Shown: piece by piece, positions 9,271 through 19,725 of the stretch | Position numbering within the stretch: the stretch's first letter is position 1 | How the letters are laid out: each line of letters opens with the position of its first letter | Source: Candidatus Sericytochromatia bacterium | GTDB taxonomy: Bacteria; Cyanobacteriota; Sericytochromatia; S15B-MN24; UBA4093 | DNA: 51,748 nt | NCBI GenBank assembly: GCA_036676495.1 | Contig: JAKFCT010000058.1 | Location: 1 to 51,748 of the forward strand | Reading direction: 5' to 3' | The notes under the pieces: model-generated | Database searches by the model: none | What the model saw: only the letters and a program-made list of their open reading frames with translations | What the model was told of the DNA's origin: nothing | Position numbers and translations under genes: made by a program

Positions 9271-10320
9271 CTAGACCTGGGGCACCGACAGGCTCATGAC
9301 CTGCTCGATGGCTCGCGAGTAGGGGGCCCGGAGGATGCCCCGCTCGGTGATGATGCCCTTGATGAGGCGGTTCGGCGTCACGTCGAAGGACGGGTTGGCG
9401 ACCTTCACGCCGGCCGGGGCGACCGCGACGCCCGCGACGTGGGTGACTTCCCCGGGCTCGCGCTCCTCGATGGGAATCTGATCCCCGGTGGGCAACTCCG
9501 GATCGATGGTCGAAAGCGGAGCCGCGATGTAGAAGGGGATGCCATGAGCATGGGCCAGCACGGCGAGGCCGTAGGTGCCGATCTTGTTGGCGGTGTCGCC
9601 GTTGGCGGCGATCCGGTCGGCGCCGACGATGATGAGATCGACCGCCCCCTGCTGCATGAAATGGGCGGCCATGTTGTCGGTGATGAGGGTGAAGGGAATG
9701 CCCAGCTGCTGGAGCTCCCAGGCGTTGAGGCGGGCGCCCTGCAGGCGGGGACGGGTCTCGTCCACCCAGACATGCAGGCGTTTTCCCGATTCATGGGCGG
9801 AGCGGATGACGCCGACCGCGGTGCCCCAGTCGACGGTGGCCAGCGCGCCGGTCGAGCAGTGCGTGAGCACGTTGGCGCCGTCCTCGATCAAGGCCGCGCC
9901 GTTCTGGCCGATGGCCTGGTTGATCTCGATGTCCTCCCGCGCCATGACCTGGGCCTCGAGCTCCAGGTAGCGGACCAGATCGTCCTTGGCGAGGTGCGCG
10001 CGGGAGCGCGCCGTTTCGAGCATGCGATCGACCGCCCATGCCAGGTTGACGGCCGTCGGGCGGGTGGCCTTGAGCGCGTCGCCGACGCGCAGCAGATCGT
10101 CGATCAGCGCGTCGCTGGAGCTGGCCAGGGACTGGTGCGCCGCGAGGGCCATGCCCATGGCCGCCACGACGCCGATGGCCGGGGCTCCACGCACCTTCAT
10201 GGTGACGATCGCGTCGGCGACCTCTTCCCACTTCTTGCAAACGACGGTCTCCAGGACGTCCGGAAGCCGGGTCTGATCGATCAGCTCGACGGCCCCATCG
10301 TTCCACTGCACGGTTCTCAT
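9271..10320 (-). CDS. mtnA: S-methyl-5-thioribose-1-phosphate isomerase
   Basis: DQTRLP, VRGAPAIG, RPTAVNL, ETRPRLQG, GADRIAANGDTANKIGTY, FDVTP. Confidence 0.95.
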   Translation of the reverse strand: MRTVQWNDGAVELIDQTRLPDVLETVVCKKWEEVADAIVTMKVRGAPAIGVVAAMGMALAAHQSLASSSDALIDDLLRVGDALKATRPTAVNLAWAVDRMLETARSRAHLAKDDLVRYLELEAQVMAREDIEINQAIGQNGAALIEDGANVLTHCSTGALATVDWGTAVGVIRSAHESGKRLHVWVDETRPRLQGARLNAWELQQLGIPFTLITDNMAAHFMQQGAVDLIIVGADRIAANGDTANKIGTYGLAVLAHAHGIPFYIAAPLSTIDPELPTGDQIPIEEREPGEVTHVAGVAVAPAGVKVANPSFDVTPNRLIKGIITERGILRAPYSRAIEQVMSLSVPQV

Positions 10321-10451
10321 GCTCGCACCTCATTAAGCTTTGTTCGGCAGGTTTCATTCTACCAAATCGCGGGTCTTGCGGCTCGTTGTTGTGAGGAACG
10401 GACGCCGGGGCTAGAATGAGGGCGCTTCACAATCGGTAACAAGGGGGACGC

Positions 10452-10892
10452 ATGGCGGTATGTGTCGAGGAACCGGTCATCATCCGCGCGGACGTATCGA
10501 CCTTCTTCGAGGTGGTTTCGAACGTGGAGGCGTACCCGGAGTTCATCACCTCCATCCGATCGGTAGACCTGCTCCGGAAGAACCCCCAAGAGATCTGGGC
10601 GGGCGTGGACTCCCATCTGGTGCTGGACTGGCATTACCTTCAGGTGCTGAGGCCGGAGTTCCCCGACCGGATCGTCTGGGAAATGGTGGAAGGTCCCTTC
10701 CGCATGGCCCAGGGCGAATGGATCGTCGAGGACGTCCACGCGGACCGGCTCTCGACGATCTACGTGGCGCACATCGAATTCGGGCGCTTCATCCCCCGCA
10801 GGCTGCTCGAGATGGCGATGCACGCGGCGTTGCCCGAGCTGCTGCGCCAGTACGCCGGGCGCATGGAAGCCTGCGCCTTCCAGCCCGCCTGA
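10452..10892 (+). CDS. SRPBCC/START-fold protein (RatA/Coq10/polyketide-cyclase-like)
   Basis: FEVVSNVEAYPEFI and I.W.MVEGPF...GEW motifs. Confidence 0.8.
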   Translation: MAVCVEEPVIIRADVSTFFEVVSNVEAYPEFITSIRSVDLLRKNPQEIWAGVDSHLVLDWHYLQVLRPEFPDRIVWEMVEGPFRMAQGEWIVEDVHADRLSTIYVAHIEFGRFIPRRLLEMAMHAALPELLRQYAGRMEACAFQPA

Positions 10893-10905
10893 AAGGAGAC
10901 GACCC

Positions 10906-11895
10906 ATGGCACTCGCGCGCAACGGCTGGCTCCTCTGGAGCTACATGACCGAGGTCGTGGCCCAGGAAATCTACACGCAGCTGCAAGCTTTCGTGAGCGA
11001 CCCCGAGCTCCGCACGGAGATCGATCGCTTCTTCCAGGAGGAAAAAGCGCATGCCGAGACGATCCGTCAGGATCTCCCCTGGCTACGCGGGGCCCTGGAG
11101 CTAGGACTCGACAGCATCGGGCACCTGGCTGGCGCCCTCTGGGGCTTCGGCACCGCAATCTCGGGCTCGCGGCAGGCAAGCAACCATATCCTGAACCTCG
11201 AAACCTCGGGCATCGACTACTACGCGCAGCTGGCCCGGACCTTCCCGGAGGGGGATCCGCGACGGCGGCGCTACGAGGAGCTGCGCGCCGAGGAAGAGGA
11301 GCACGAGGACTGGTTCGAGAGCAAGGCCATGCAGGACTGGCGCGACGAGCCCGGCCCGCCGGGAGAGGTGATCGAGGTGACGACCGTGATCCCCGCGACC
11401 GTCGAGGAGGTCTTCGCCTTCTACACCGATACGCGCTCGCTGGGCGTGGTCATGCCACCCCTCCTGCCGGCCATGCCCGTGGATCCGGTCTCGCGCTACG
11501 CGCTGGGGTCGCAATTCCGGCTGGCCGTGGGGGTCGGACCTTTCCGCCAGGTGCTCGACACGGAGATCCCCGAGTTCGATCCCCCGTTCCACTACCTCGA
11601 CAAGAAGCGGCACTGGGCGCTCGACACCTACGAGGATCACCACCACTTCGAGCCCATGGGCAATGACCTCTGCCGCCTCACCGAGCGCTTCACGATCAAG
11701 CTCAAGGGGATCGATTGGCCGGACAACCTGCCTCCGAGCCCGCTCAAGCTTTCGGTGCTGTTGTTGCTGCTCTACCGGCACATGGCGACCTACCGGTACT
11801 TCAGCCTCCAGGCCACGTCCAAGCCCGCCGGCAAGCTCTGGATCAGCTGGGCGACCTCTGAAGCGGCGGCCATGAGCCACGATCGACCGCGCTGA
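10906..11895 (+). CDS. Coq7-like diiron (ferritin-like) domain fused to C-terminal SRPBCC domain
   Basis: E16-x6-Y-x22-ExxH...E99-x6-Y-x23-ExxH; C-terminal half IPATVEEVFAFY...FDPP..Y.D...H.H.FE. Confidence 0.7.
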   Translation: MALARNGWLLWSYMTEVVAQEIYTQLQAFVSDPELRTEIDRFFQEEKAHAETIRQDLPWLRGALELGLDSIGHLAGALWGFGTAISGSRQASNHILNLETSGIDYYAQLARTFPEGDPRRRRYEELRAEEEEHEDWFESKAMQDWRDEPGPPGEVIEVTTVIPATVEEVFAFYTDTRSLGVVMPPLLPAMPVDPVSRYALGSQFRLAVGVGPFRQVLDTEIPEFDPPFHYLDKKRHWALDTYEDHHHFEPMGNDLCRLTERFTIKLKGIDWPDNLPPSPLKLSVLLLLLYRHMATYRYFSLQATSKPAGKLWISWATSEAAAMSHDRPR

Positions 11896-11899
11896 GCGG

Positions 11900-12544
11900 C
11901 TAGTAGCCCGGGAGCTTGAGCCAGACGAACATCATGACGTCGTAGACCAGGTGGCAAACGATGGCGGTCCAGGAGTTGCGGGTCCAGAGGGCAATCGCCC
12001 CCCAGACGAACCCGAAGCCGAGCGCCGCCAAGGCGAGCCAGGGACTTCCCGTCAGCAGATGAACCGCCGCGTAGAGCATGGTCGAGGCGCCCAAGGACAT
12101 CCACCATGACTTCAGGCCCCAGTGGTAAAGCCGATCGAGCAGGAGCCGCCGCCAGAAAAGCTCCTCGCCGAACGCGATCAGGCTGATCGACAGCAGCTGC
12201 GCCCAGATCGGGTACGCGGCCGCCCACTTCAGGACGACCGCGAGCCCCGAGGTCAGCTCCGGCACGACGCTCCCGACCGTCGCATGGGCCACCCAGGCCG
12301 CGGCGTAGAGCGCGACTCCCGTCAAGACTCCCAGCGCCGTGTCCCGAGGCGTCAGCCGGAGGGCCGGATGGTGGTGCCCGCGCCCTGCCACGAGCGACCA
12401 AACCCCCAAAATGAGCATGAGGCCAGCCATGCCCGGCCAGAACCAGGCCCCGTTCCGCATGATCACGCCGTAGGCGAGTAGGATGAGAACGGCGGCCGGG
12501 CCCCAGAGCCAAAATTCAGGATTCCGCACGCGTGGTAACGGCAT
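11900..12544 (-). CDS. CPBP (CAAX/Abi) intramembrane metalloprotease
   Basis: EELFWR, Y..VH and H...D motifs; multiple TM helices. Confidence 0.88.
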   Translation of the reverse strand: MPLPRVRNPEFWLWGPAAVLILLAYGVIMRNGAWFWPGMAGLMLILGVWSLVAGRGHHHPALRLTPRDTALGVLTGVALYAAAWVAHATVGSVVPELTSGLAVVLKWAAAYPIWAQLLSISLIAFGEELFWRRLLLDRLYHWGLKSWWMSLGASTMLYAAVHLLTGSPWLALAALGFGFVWGAIALWTRNSWTAIVCHLVYDVMMFVWLKLPGY

Positions 12545-12693
12545 GGCTCCTCCTGCCCCTCCACCCTAGCGCAGCCATCGCGTCCTGACAGCCGACAGGC
12601 GTTGAAACCTTTTCCCGCTCCGGCACGTATCATGAGCAGCAGGTCTGCTTTTCTGGCAGGAGGGGCTTGGGTCCCCGGCCCATTCGATGAGGT

Positions 12694-14028
12694 ATGCACG
12701 TGAAACGAAAACGGATTGCGGTAATCGTAGGGCTGGCGCTGGCCCTCGGCGGAGGCTCGGCCGCGTGGTTCATGCTCAAGCCGGACGCGGCTCCCACCTA
12801 TCGGACCGTCCAGCCGGATCGCGGGACCATCGCCGCCAAGGTGACCGCCACCGGCACCCTCTCCGCGCTGGTCACGGTCCAGGTCGGCAGCCAGGTCTCG
12901 GGGCGCATCCAGGAGATCTTCGTCGACTTCAACTCCCCCGTCCGCAAGGGGCAGGTCCTCGCCAAGATCGACCCGCAGCTCACCGAAGCCGCCGTCAACC
13001 AGGCGCGCGCCAACTACGTCGAGGCCAAGAGCAACTTCAGCCGGATCCAGGTCCAGGCGGCGCTGGCCAAGAAACAGTACCAGCGGACCAAGCAGCTCGC
13101 CGAGCAGCGCCTGATCGCCATGGCCGACCTCGACACGGCCCAGGCCGACCTCGATGCCACCCTGGCGCAGGTCGAAGGGGCCCGCGCGAGCATGCAGCGC
13201 GCCCAGGCCTCCCTGAACCAGGCGGAAGTGAACCTCGGCTACACGACGATCGTCTCGCCCATCGACGGCGTGGTCATCTCGCGCGACGTGGACATGGGCC
13301 AGACCGTGGCGGCCTCCCTGCAGGCGCCGACCCTCTTCGTGATCGCCCAGGATCTGCGCAAGATCCAGGTGGACGCCAGCATCGCGGAAGCCGACATGGG
13401 CAAGATGCGTGCGGGCATGAAGGCGGAGTTCACGGTCGACGCCTACCCCGACGAGACCTTCGTGGGCACCGTGCGCCAGATTCGCAACTCGGCCGTGACC
13501 GTTCAAAACGTCGTGACCTACAACGCCATCATCGACGTGGAGAACCCCGAGATGAAGCTCAAACCCGGCATGACGGCCAACGTCTCGTTGATCTACGACG
13601 AGCGGGAGAACGTCTTGAGGCTGCCCAACGCGGTGCTGCGCTTCCGGCCGGCCCCCGGCACCGTCGAGCGGCCCGAGCGCCGCGCGAACGATCGCCGAGC
13701 GGGCGAACGCATGGCCTCTCGAGAGCAGCAACAAGCCGGCGCGTCCGCGGGGGGAATGCGTAATGGCCGGGCCGAAGGCTCCAAGCGCCAGGGCGGCCAG
13801 GAAGTCGATCCCGACCGGCGCATGGTCTGGATCCTGGTGGACGGCAAGCCCAAGCCGGTCCGGATCAAGACCGGCCTCTCCGACGGCAACCTGACCGAGG
13901 TGGTTTCCGGCGATCTGAGCGAGACGTCGATGCTAATTGTCGATGCGTCCAACGGCGCGACCGCGAAGAGCACCCAGGGCGCGCGTAACGGGGGATCGGG
14001 CCAGAACCGCCCGCCCCGGATGTTCTAG
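12694..14028 (+). CDS. MacA-like periplasmic adaptor (membrane fusion protein)
   Basis: [37 protein letters not shown] motifs. Confidence 0.92.
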   Translation: MHVKRKRIAVIVGLALALGGGSAAWFMLKPDAAPTYRTVQPDRGTIAAKVTATGTLSALVTVQVGSQVSGRIQEIFVDFNSPVRKGQVLAKIDPQLTEAAVNQARANYVEAKSNFSRIQVQAALAKKQYQRTKQLAEQRLIAMADLDTAQADLDATLAQVEGARASMQRAQASLNQAEVNLGYTTIVSPIDGVVISRDVDMGQTVAASLQAPTLFVIAQDLRKIQVDASIAEADMGKMRAGMKAEFTVDAYPDETFVGTVRQIRNSAVTVQNVVTYNAIIDVENPEMKLKPGMTANVSLIYDERENVLRLPNAVLRFRPAPGTVERPERRANDRRAGERMASREQQQAGASAGGMRNGRAEGSKRQGGQEVDPDRRMVWILVDGKPKPVRIKTGLSDGNLTEVVSGDLSETSMLIVDASNGATAKSTQGARNGGSGQNRPPRMF

Positions 14029-14036
14029 GAGGCGCC

Positions 14037-14758
<722 letters not shown>

Positions 14759-14762
<4 letters not shown>

Positions 14763-15988
14763 CCCTCCTTCAAACCTTCCGCACGGCCCTCAAGGCCCTG
14801 ATGATCAACAAGCTTCGCTCGATCCTGACCGCCCTGGGCGTCGTCATCGGCGTGGCGGCGGTCGTGGCGATGATGGCCATCGGCGAGGGCGCCAAGGCCC
14901 AGATCCAGGCCACCTTCGACGCCATGGGCACCAACATGCTCAACATCATGCCCGGCTCCAGCAACACCGGCGGCACCCGCGGCGGCGCCGGCTCGCGCTA
15001 CACCCTCACCTGGAGCGACCTGGACGCGATTCGCAAATCGATTCCCTCGGTGGCCCACGTGGCGGCCCAGCTTCGCTCCAATTCCCAGGTCATGAGCCCC
15101 TACGAGAACTGGCAGACGAGCATCATCGGGACCTCCTCCGACTACTTCGCCATCCGCAACTGGGATGCGCAGCTCGGCGGCCTCTTCACCGAACAGGACA
15201 ACTCCAGCGGCGCCAAGGTCGCCGTGCTGGGAGCGACCGTGGCGGACATGCTCTTCACCCCGGACGTCGACCCGATCGGGCAGACCATCCGGATCCGCAA
15301 CGTGCCCTTCCAGGTGGTCGGCGTGCTGGCGGCCAAGGGCCAGACCGGCAACGGCAACGACAACGACGACGTGGTGATCATCCCCGAGAGCGCCTACCGC
15401 ACCAAGATCCAGGGCGGGCTCAACCAGTACGTGCAGGGCTCCTTGATGGTCACGACCGTCGATGCCGACTCCCTGTCGCGGGCCCAGGCCCAGATCACCG
15501 ACCTGCTGCGCGAGCGTCACAAGCTGGCCCCGGATGCCGAGGACGACTTCCGGATCCGCAACATGGCCGAGATCGCGGATGCCCGGCAAGCCGGCACCCA
15601 GACCCTCACCATCCTGCTGGCGAGCATCGCGGCCGTCTCGCTGCTGGTGGGCGGCATCGGCGTCATGAACATCATGCTCGTCAGCGTCACCGAGCGGACC
15701 CGCGAGATCGGCCTGCGCATGGCCGTGGGCGCCAAGCCGCATCACATCCTCTCGCAGTTCCTGGTGGAGGCCATCACGCTCTCGATGATCGGAGGCTTCC
15801 TGGGGATCGCGATCGGCGTGGTGGCCGCCTACACCGTCGCAGGGCAGCTCGACTGGCCCATTCTTTTCCATCCCGGAGTGGCGATCCTCGCGGTCGTCTT
15901 CAGTGTCCTCGTCGGGGTCGGCTTCGGCCTCTACCCCGCCCAGAAGGCCTCGCGCCTTCACCCGATCGATGCGTTGAGGTTCGAATGA
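14759..15988 (+). CDS. MacB-type ABC permease
   Basis: [43 protein letters not shown]; start at ATG 14759 (ATGA overlap). Confidence 0.93.
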
Positions 15989-17244
15989 AATGGCCTAGTC
16001 TCGTCGTGGCGGCCCTGGTGGCGTTGCCCGCCCCCGCCGTCCTGGCAGCCCCAGCAGTCCTGACCCTGGATCAAGCCCTGGTCAACGCCCAGCAAAACCA
16101 GCCCCAGTTGCTGCAGGCGCAGGCCTCGGTGAATGCCGCGCAGGCCCGCACCCTGTCGTCTCGCGCCGGTCTCTTGCCTCAAGTCAGCCTGGGAGCTGGC
16201 CTCAACACCGGCTCCGGACGGGAGAACCTCGGCATGGTCGGGGATAGCAACTTGAGCCTGCGGGCAAACCAGCTCATCTACGACTTCGGGCAACGCAGCA
16301 ATCGCTTCGAAGCCTCGAACGCTCAGCTTGCGGCCCAGCGGCAGTCGGAGCGCGAGACGCGGCAGCAAGTGGCGCTGAACGTCCGCACGACGTTCTTCTC
16401 CGCGCAGGCCGCAAAGGTCCTGGTCAGCGTCAACCAGGAGGCGCTGGCCAACCAGCAGCGCCACCTCCAGCAGGCCACGCAGTTCGTGAACGCCGGCACG
16501 CGCCCCCCCATCGACGTGGTGCAGGAGCGCGCGAACGTGGCGAACGCCCAGCGGCAGCTCATCAACGCGCAAAACGATTACACGACCGGAAAGGCGCGGC
16601 TCAACCAGGCCATGGGCCTGGAGACGGACCTCGACTTCGAGGTGGCGAGCGGCTGGATGCCGGAAGTCGCGGGCGAGGCCCAGCCGCTTGCGGCCCTGCT
16701 CCTGGAGGCCGAGGCGAACCGCCCGGAAATCGCGCGCTTGGCCGAGCAGGTTCGCGCCCAGGAGCTGTCGCTGGCAGCTCAGCGGAGTGCCGGGGCACCG
16801 ACCTTGAACGGCTCGGCAGGGCTCGGGGACAGCGGTCTCTTGCTCGGTCGTCCCGGGACCTCCTGGCAAGCGGGCATCTCGCTGTCCTGGCCGCTCTTCA
16901 CGGGCGGCGCGGTCCGGGCGGGGATCAGCGAGGCGGAGGCGAACCTGGAGGGCATCCGGGCGCAGGTCGCCACGTTACGCCAGCAGGTCCGGCTGGAGTT
17001 GACCGAGGCGACCCTGGCGATTGGCTCGCAGAAGGCGGCCATCCGGGCGGCCCAGGAGTCGGTCCGCAATGCCGCGGAAAGGCTCAAGCTGGCGGAAGGG
17101 CGGTACGCGGCGGGGGTCGGCAACATCATCGAGCTTTCCGATGCACAGCTGGCCTTGACCACCGCGCGCTCGCAGGTCGTCCAGGAGGAATACCGGCTCG
17201 CCGTGGCGCGCGCCCAGCTCCTGAAGGCCCTGGGGAGGGAGTAG
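15985..17244 (+). CDS. TolC family outer-membrane factor
   Basis: Signal peptide; QLIYDFG, SWPLFTGG, RY.AGVG.IIELSDAQ; end of the exporter operon. Confidence 0.9.
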   Translation: MKWPSLVVAALVALPAPAVLAAPAVLTLDQALVNAQQNQPQLLQAQASVNAAQARTLSSRAGLLPQVSLGAGLNTGSGRENLGMVGDSNLSLRANQLIYDFGQRSNRFEASNAQLAAQRQSERETRQQVALNVRTTFFSAQAAKVLVSVNQEALANQQRHLQQATQFVNAGTRPPIDVVQERANVANAQRQLINAQNDYTTGKARLNQAMGLETDLDFEVASGWMPEVAGEAQPLAALLLEAEANRPEIARLAEQVRAQELSLAAQRSAGAPTLNGSAGLGDSGLLLGRPGTSWQAGISLSWPLFTGGAVRAGISEAEANLEGIRAQVATLRQQVRLELTEATLAIGSQKAAIRAAQESVRNAAERLKLAEGRYAAGVGNIIELSDAQLALTTARSQVVQEEYRLAVARAQLLKALGRE

Positions 17245-17251
17245 CTCTCGG

Positions 17252-17340
17252 CACTCCCGCTCTCACCACCCGTCATCCCCGTGTCAACGGGGACCTGTGG
17301 ATTCCCGCTTCCGCGGGAATGACGGGGTGAGAGCGGGGAG
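17252..17340. repeat. REP/dRS3-like palindromic repeat, family A, full copy
   Basis: Outer stem CCCGCTCTCACC..CCCGTCAT/ATGACGGG-GTGAGAGCGGG enclosing two inner hairpins, one being ATTCCC-N8-GGGAAT. Confidence 0.85.
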
Positions 17341-17351
17341 GACGGCGAAGA

Positions 17352-17383
17352 AAAGGCCGGAACCCCTCGGGGTTCCGGCCTTT
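17352..17383. terminator. Intrinsic terminator between tolC and gdhA
   Basis: AAAGGCCGGAACCC-CTCG-GGGTTCCGGCCTTT stem with T tracts on both strands. Confidence 0.8.
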
Positions 17384-17404
17384 CGACTTGAAGCGCGCTT
17401 CGCG

Positions 17405-18676
17405 TTAGGGGTAGAGGCCCCGGACGTTGAGCGCTTCGGCGATCCGACCGACGCCGATCGAGTAGGCGCCCATGCGGAAGGTGAGGTCCTTCGAGGTCAC
17501 GAGTGCGCTGACCTGGCTGAAGGCACGGGTCATGATCCGGCGGAGGCGGTCGTTGACCTCATCCTCGCTCCAGAAGAGCTGGCTCATGCCCTGGACCCAC
17601 TCGAAGTAGCTGACCACGACGCCGCCCGCGTTGGCGAGGATGTCGGGAACCACCGTGACGCCCTTCTTCTCGAGGATGGCATCGGCGGCCGGGGTGATGG
17701 GGCCGTTGGCGCCTTCGACGATGAACTCGGCCTTGATCTTGTCCGCGTTGGCCTCGGTGATGACGTCACCCAGGGCGGCGGGGATGAGCAGGTCGACGTT
17801 CAGGAGGAGCAGGTCCTCGTTCGAGATGGGATCGGCATCGGGGAAGCCGTTGAGCGACCCGTTGGCCTTGGCGTACTGCTGAGCCGCGGGGATGTCGATA
17901 CCGGCGGGGTTGTGAATGCCACCGAAGACGTCCGAAACCGCCACGACCTTGGCGCCCTGCTGGTGGGCCAGCAGCGCGGCGGTCGAACCGACGTTACCGA
18001 AGCCCTGGACGGCGACGGAAGTGCCGGCCATCTGGCGGCCCTTGAAGCGCAGCAGCTCGTCGGCGATGGTGATCACGCCGCGGCCGGTGGCCTCGAAGCG
18101 ACCCAGCGAACCACCGATGGAGATCGGCTTGCCGGTGACGACGCCGGGGGCGGCGTAACCCTTGTTCACGCTCCAGGTGTCCATGATCCAGGCCATCTCG
18201 CGCGGGCTGGTGTTGACGTCGGGAGCCGGGATGTCCTTCTGGGGGTCGAAGACGAGGATCATGTCCGCGGTGAAGCGGCGGGTCAGGCGCTCGAGCTCAG
18301 CGAGCGAGAGCTGACGGGGATCCACGGTGATGCCGCCCTTGGCGCCGCCGTAGGGCAGGCCGACCAGCGAGCACTTCCAGCTCATGAGCATGGCCAGCGC
18401 GGTCACTTCGTCGATGTCGACCGAGGGGTGGAAGCGCAGACCGCCCTTGTAGGGCCCGAGCGCGTTGTTGTGCTGGACGCGGTAGCCCGAGAACATCTTG
18501 GTGGAGCCGTCGTCCATGCGGACGGGGCTGTTGACCTGGACCACGCGATCCGGGTACGAGAGGCGCTCATGAACGCCGGGGTCGATGCCCAGAATGTCAA
18601 TGCACTTCGCCAGTTGCTGGCGCGCCGACGTCAACGGTGACGTATGGACGGGTTCGGTGATAATCATCGTATGCAC
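17405..18676 (-). CDS. gdhA: Glutamate dehydrogenase (Glu/Leu/Phe/Val family)
   Basis: GPYKGGLRF, GGAKGG, DIPAPDV, ATGRG, QGFGNVG, EGANGP, NAGGV.VSYFEW. Confidence 0.92.
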   Translation of the reverse strand: MHTMIITEPVHTSPLTSARQQLAKCIDILGIDPGVHERLSYPDRVVQVNSPVRMDDGSTKMFSGYRVQHNNALGPYKGGLRFHPSVDIDEVTALAMLMSWKCSLVGLPYGGAKGGITVDPRQLSLAELERLTRRFTADMILVFDPQKDIPAPDVNTSPREMAWIMDTWSVNKGYAAPGVVTGKPISIGGSLGRFEATGRGVITIADELLRFKGRQMAGTSVAVQGFGNVGSTAALLAHQQGAKVVAVSDVFGGIHNPAGIDIPAAQQYAKANGSLNGFPDADPISNEDLLLLNVDLLIPAALGDVITEANADKIKAEFIVEGANGPITPAADAILEKKGVTVVPDILANAGGVVVSYFEWVQGMSQLFWSEDEVNDRLRRIMTRAFSQVSALVTSKDLTFRMGAYSIGVGRIAEALNVRGLYP

Positions 18677-18812
18677 ATCCTAAAGCGGAAAGGGGTCAGA
18701 CGGAGTGGGGGGCAAGGCTTAACCTCGCTTTGGCGTTGCGCCGTCGTGCGTTCAATCGACCTCCTCGTCGAGTAGGTGGAGTGACGCCAGTGTCACCCTC
18801 TTGGTTGCACCC

Positions 18813-18841
18813 ATTCTAAGCAATGGTCTCTTGGCTGTCAA
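18813..18841 (-). promoter_or_regulatory. Sigma70 promoter for gdhA
   Basis: TTGACA-17 nt-TAGAAT. Confidence 0.8.
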
Positions 18842-18847
18842 TTTAGG

Positions 18848-19666
18848 CTACGCCTTGTTACCAGCCCCGTAAAGGGGTTCGGAGGAAACGAAGCGCCCCG
18901 CCCTCACATCCTGCCCGTAACGCTGCAGCGCCTCCACGATGGTTCCGTGGAGATCGGCATACATGCGCGCATGCTTGGGGCGATGATCGACATGCAGGCC
19001 CAAGAGATCATGGAAGACCTGAATCTGCCCATCGCAGGCCTCTCCGGCCCCGATCCCGATGGTGGGGATCCGCAGCGCCTCGGTGATGCGCTGGGCGACC
19101 GCCTCGGGCACCAGCTCGAGCACGAGCGCACAGGCTCCGCTCTCCTCGAGTTCCTTGGCCTGGCGCAGGATCTCCGCGGCGGCCTCGTCGGTCTTGCCCT
19201 GGATGCGGAAGCCTCCTAGCTGGTGGAGGTGCTGCGGGGTGAAGCCCAGGTGCGCCACCACCGGGATGCCGTGCTGGGTGAGGGCGCGAACCGCCGCGAC
19301 CTGAGGGGCATGGCCTCCTTCGAGTTTCACGGCCGAGGCTCCGGCCTCTTTGAGGAAGCGGCCCCCGTTCCGCACGGCCTCTTCCGGGGTGATATCCGCC
19401 ATGAAGGGCATGTCGGCGACCACGAAGGCCCGCTGCACGCCGCGCGTCACGGCCTTGGTATGGTGGATCATCTCGTCCATGGTCACGGGAAGGGTGTTGG
19501 AGTAGCCCAGCACGACCGGAGCGAGCGAATCGCCGACCAGGATCAGGTCGACTCCGGCCCGGTCGACCGCGACGGCGGTCGGGTAATCGTACGTGGTCAA
19601 TGCCACGATACGCTCCCGAGCGACCTTCATCTGAAGCAGGGTATGAGTGGTGATGCGCTTGGTCAC
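18848..19666 (-). CDS. panB: 3-methyl-2-oxobutanoate hydroxymethyltransferase
   Basis: LVGDSL, VADMPF, VKLEGG, HLGFTPQ, TIGIGAG..CDGQ. Confidence 0.96.
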   Translation of the reverse strand: MTKRITTHTLLQMKVARERIVALTTYDYPTAVAVDRAGVDLILVGDSLAPVVLGYSNTLPVTMDEMIHHTKAVTRGVQRAFVVADMPFMADITPEEAVRNGGRFLKEAGASAVKLEGGHAPQVAAVRALTQHGIPVVAHLGFTPQHLHQLGGFRIQGKTDEAAAEILRQAKELEESGACALVLELVPEAVAQRITEALRIPTIGIGAGEACDGQIQVFHDLLGLHVDHRPKHARMYADLHGTIVEALQRYGQDVRAGRFVSSEPLYGAGNKA

Positions 19667-19725
19667 GGAAAGGCTCCTCTCGAACTTCTCCCCGCCATGG
19701 TACCACCGATGCGAGGCAGGCGCGT

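Noticed and set aside
17297-18640. ORF starting MDSRFRGND
   Set aside because: The start is a translation of the palindromic repeat and the rest is antisense to gdhA.
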